A DNA stretch of 60,000 bases. Source: Laetmonice hystrix (Eukaryota). Position 1 is the first letter of the stretch. Each line of letters opens with the position of its first letter. Positions 57,201-60,000 of the stretch are shown here, in pieces. Under the pieces are notes generated by a model. The model saw only the letters and a program-made list of their open reading frames with translations. It was not told the origin of the DNA and did no database searches. The stretch covers positions 41,542,001-41,602,000 of the forward strand of contig OZ249436.1 in the NCBI GenBank assembly GCA_965235115.1, written 5' to 3'. The position numbers were made by a program, and so were the translations under genes.

Positions 57201-59958
57201 CGTTTGTGACGTTGCGGGACCGGATAGTGCACGCCCAGCCATTTTATAACATTGTATAAACACAGAATCTGTACTCATAGTAAATGACTAGATAATATTG
57301 ATCTGCTAGGATTGGTACAGTGTATGATATGTTCTATATTTACATGTTTTAGTTTTTCCTATCTGATCAGAAGATTTTTTACACCAGCTGACTTGTGTAT
57401 TATAAATGACTGAATAGTCAGTCTTGAACAGCAGTTAACCTAAGAATGGGTGTGGCTCTAATTTACCGGTAGCCTCCCTATAAATCTGTGTGTTATGTAA
57501 CTTAAGGCATGCCCAGTAGGACATGAGGCTAATGGAGGACTAACAGCCTGCAGTCCTTGCAGTCCGGGAGAGTACAGAGGATCTGGTGACCTGGTGTGTC
57601 AGACATGCCCTAAAGGTAATACAATAACCATAAATCACTGTGATATGTTGCTTCTCATTGGGCGAGCTGTAGCCTTATCAAACATAACCTTTGCTTGGCA
57701 CAGTCACTGATAACCTCTGACTATTTCCAGCCTAGTTCTACTTTGAATGTAGCAAGACAAACTTTCGTGCGACTGTTGTAATAAAGTACATGTATAGTAT
57801 GTTTTTCAGTCTGGGATATCATATTCATGTAAAAGTGTGTTGTGGTAGAAGAGTGTACCCTATATTTGTTGTTACTTTTTTGTAGTTTGTCAAGTTTGAA
57901 ATGCTTTGAAAGGTTCAGGGAGTTACAGAAGATTATCTCTTCCAAAAAACAAAGAAATAAAGTACTGATTATTTATTTGTACTGTTCTCCAACAATTTTT
58001 AGATGAAAATAAGAAAAATTGAATGGTAAATTGAATGGAAAATGGTTTACAGAAACAACATCAATGCATACTTGTGATAATGATATGATCGATTGGAATT
58101 TAGGAATCACGATACCATATGTTGTGTGACAGGTACCAAATGTCCCAGCTATGGCATGGAGACTGCGACCTCTTGTCCTGACGGCACGTACCAGGACAGT
58201 CCCGGACAGACATCCTGTTCATCATGTCCTCCTGGAAGCGAGTGTTCCAACAAGACAGTCGCTCCAAATCAGTGTGAGACAGGCTACTACTCAGCCGCTG
58301 GCTCGACTTCTTGCACGCCGTGTGCTTCAGGTAGGTTTCAAATATAATCCAGCCTCCTATCTAGAGGGAATTCCTGTCTTTAGAGTGTCATGTCAGAATA
58401 TTCTGATAACCAGCCGGACTGAAGTAATGCACAGATCTTTGCACATTAATCTTTGAATGTGTTTAACTTGGCTGGAAAACATTTCTGGGTCAATTTAGAT
58501 GTATTTGTTGGCAAGAATTATTGTGTTTTTGGGCCAGTCTAAAGTATCACATGGCAATGTCGTTACAGGTAGCTACAGTGGAGCAGGAGCGTCAAATTGC
58601 ACTCTGTGTCCTGGAGGGTACAACTGTAACAACCCGGCCTCCATCACTGAGTGCTTGGCTGGTACACACAGTGCTGAGGGCACTGAAGTATGCTCACCTT
58701 GTCCCACAGGTAAAGTACACCTCAGAGCATGGATATCTCTTGGCCAATGCTACTTGAGTTAGGTGTATAATATAATAATTGTCAAGGAAATATTTTTCAA
58801 AATACATCCTTGTGAAAGTAATCTTTCCCTAAGAAAATGTGCACATGATTTGCATCTAAATAACACTTAAAATAATGAATATATGCTAATAATTTCATTC
58901 AGTTATGTTTTTGTGATGTACAGGAACATACAGCGGGGCAGGAACATCAAATTGCACTGTCTGTCCTGAAGGATACAACTGTAATAACCCAGCCTCCATC
59001 ACTGAATGTTTGGCTGGCACATACAGTGCTGAGGGAGCTGCAATATGCTCCCCCTGTTCATCAGGTAAAGTGCAGGATGACATATATCAGAACCTGGTTC
59101 AATGATAAAGTCTAACTGGAATTTAAGATGAGTTTTAAGTAGAGTAGGCCCAAACTAAGTAATTTTTGCAATACTTTTCTAGGAACATTTTCCTGTGTTA
59201 GCTATTTTAACAGAGATTCGGAATTGTATATAGCCAATAATTTATTTATTTTTATTCAGAATAGCAATAACTGTATTTCAAACTTGATGACAATAGGAGA
59301 ATTAAATAAATTCAGAAAATGTTGTTTCTCTGATGTAATGTTCTTGATAAAGGAACGTTAAAATGTTGACATACGACTGGATATTATGACATAGGTACTT
59401 ACAGCGGAGTGAGAGCATCAAATTGCACTCTGTGTCCTGGAGGGTACAACTGTAACAACCCAGCCTCCATCACTGAGTGCTTGGCTGGTACATACAGTGC
59501 TGAGGGGGCTGCAGTGTGCTCCCCCTGTCCTACCGGTAAGTTACAGGTAGTGATTTGAATAAATAACCTTAACATTAAATATTGCTGTTACTGCAAATGT
59601 AAACCTTCCTATAATTAAGCAGTCCTTTAATCCATGAAATATTTTTATATTTCAGCTTGGATACGGAAGTCCATTAGATTAATTAAAGTGGACATAGGCA
59701 AACCAGTGTGACTAGGTCTATCTAACCATGTACATAATATATGATTTGTTAAAAGGTCATTACAATGATAGTAATGGAGCCAGTTTGTGCAGCCAGTGCC
59801 AGGCTGGGTACTACTGCTCTGCCAGCACACAGACACAGTGTGGCTCGGGCAAGTACAGTGCTGCTGGGGCTACCTTCTGTTTGAGTTGTCCCCTTGGAAA
59901 CAGTTGTCCTGGCAACACAGAGACCATCCCAACAGCCTGCGACCCTGGCTATTATCAG
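54298..59958 (+). CDS. Secreted/surface cysteine-rich repeat protein (GCC2_GCC3 / ephrin-receptor-like repeats), 5' part. Exons 54298-54370, 54781-54895, 55159-55297, 57507-57615, 58133-58330, 58569-58709, 58924-59064, 59395-59535, 59756-59958; continues beyond the window
   Basis: Signal-peptide-like start MTAGQSSCGRLILSTCLLWLSVGI. Repeated CPxGxY...CxxCPxG units. GT-AG introns with compatible phases. Confidence 0.85.
55315..56322. mobile_element. ~1-kb non-autonomous DNA element in an intron
   Basis: Short TIR TAGCGACCGTAA ... TTACGGTCGCTA. Confidence 0.5.
56723..56817. repeat. Hairpin head of an interspersed repeat
   Basis: AGGAATAGTGAACGGTTTAGG ... CCTAAACCGTTCACTATTCCT. A second inverted pair TTATAAAATGGC / GCCATTTTATAA extends to ~57250. 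Confidence 0.55.
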
Positions 59959-60000
59959 GTACTGTAGGCTCGACGTGAAGGAATGCTAATTTAAGTTTAA

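Overview
Repeat-rich eukaryotic (invertebrate animal) genomic DNA. Host genes are an intronless class A GPCR (11080-12330, -), a two-exon CPYC glutaredoxin (34928-36609, +), a 13-exon FAN1 nuclease (40938-51149, -), and the 5' part of a secreted or surface Cys-rich repeat protein (54298 to the window end, +) with three near-identical duplicated exons. The centre of the window is a three-level nest. A MITE (22118-34746) contains a disabled pogo-type DD36D transposon with an intron and an unusual C-terminal OTU + PHD fusion. Inserted into that transposase is the most notable object: a very compact 8,222-bp Polinton/Maverick-like element (23625-31846). It has about 430-bp AGTAGT terminal inverted repeats and a perfect 6-bp TSD (AAAGTG). 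It carries only three co-oriented genes: a protein-primed DNA polymerase B with C2H2, OTU-like and EndoVII/HNH modules; a zinc-finger-flanked packaging ATPase; and an RVE integrase-chromodomain. No capsid genes are recognisable. The rest of the window is dense with MITEs of several superfamilies and with TAGGCCTA-type micro-insertions that look like transposon excision footprints. All calls come from reading the sequence by eye; no database searches were run.
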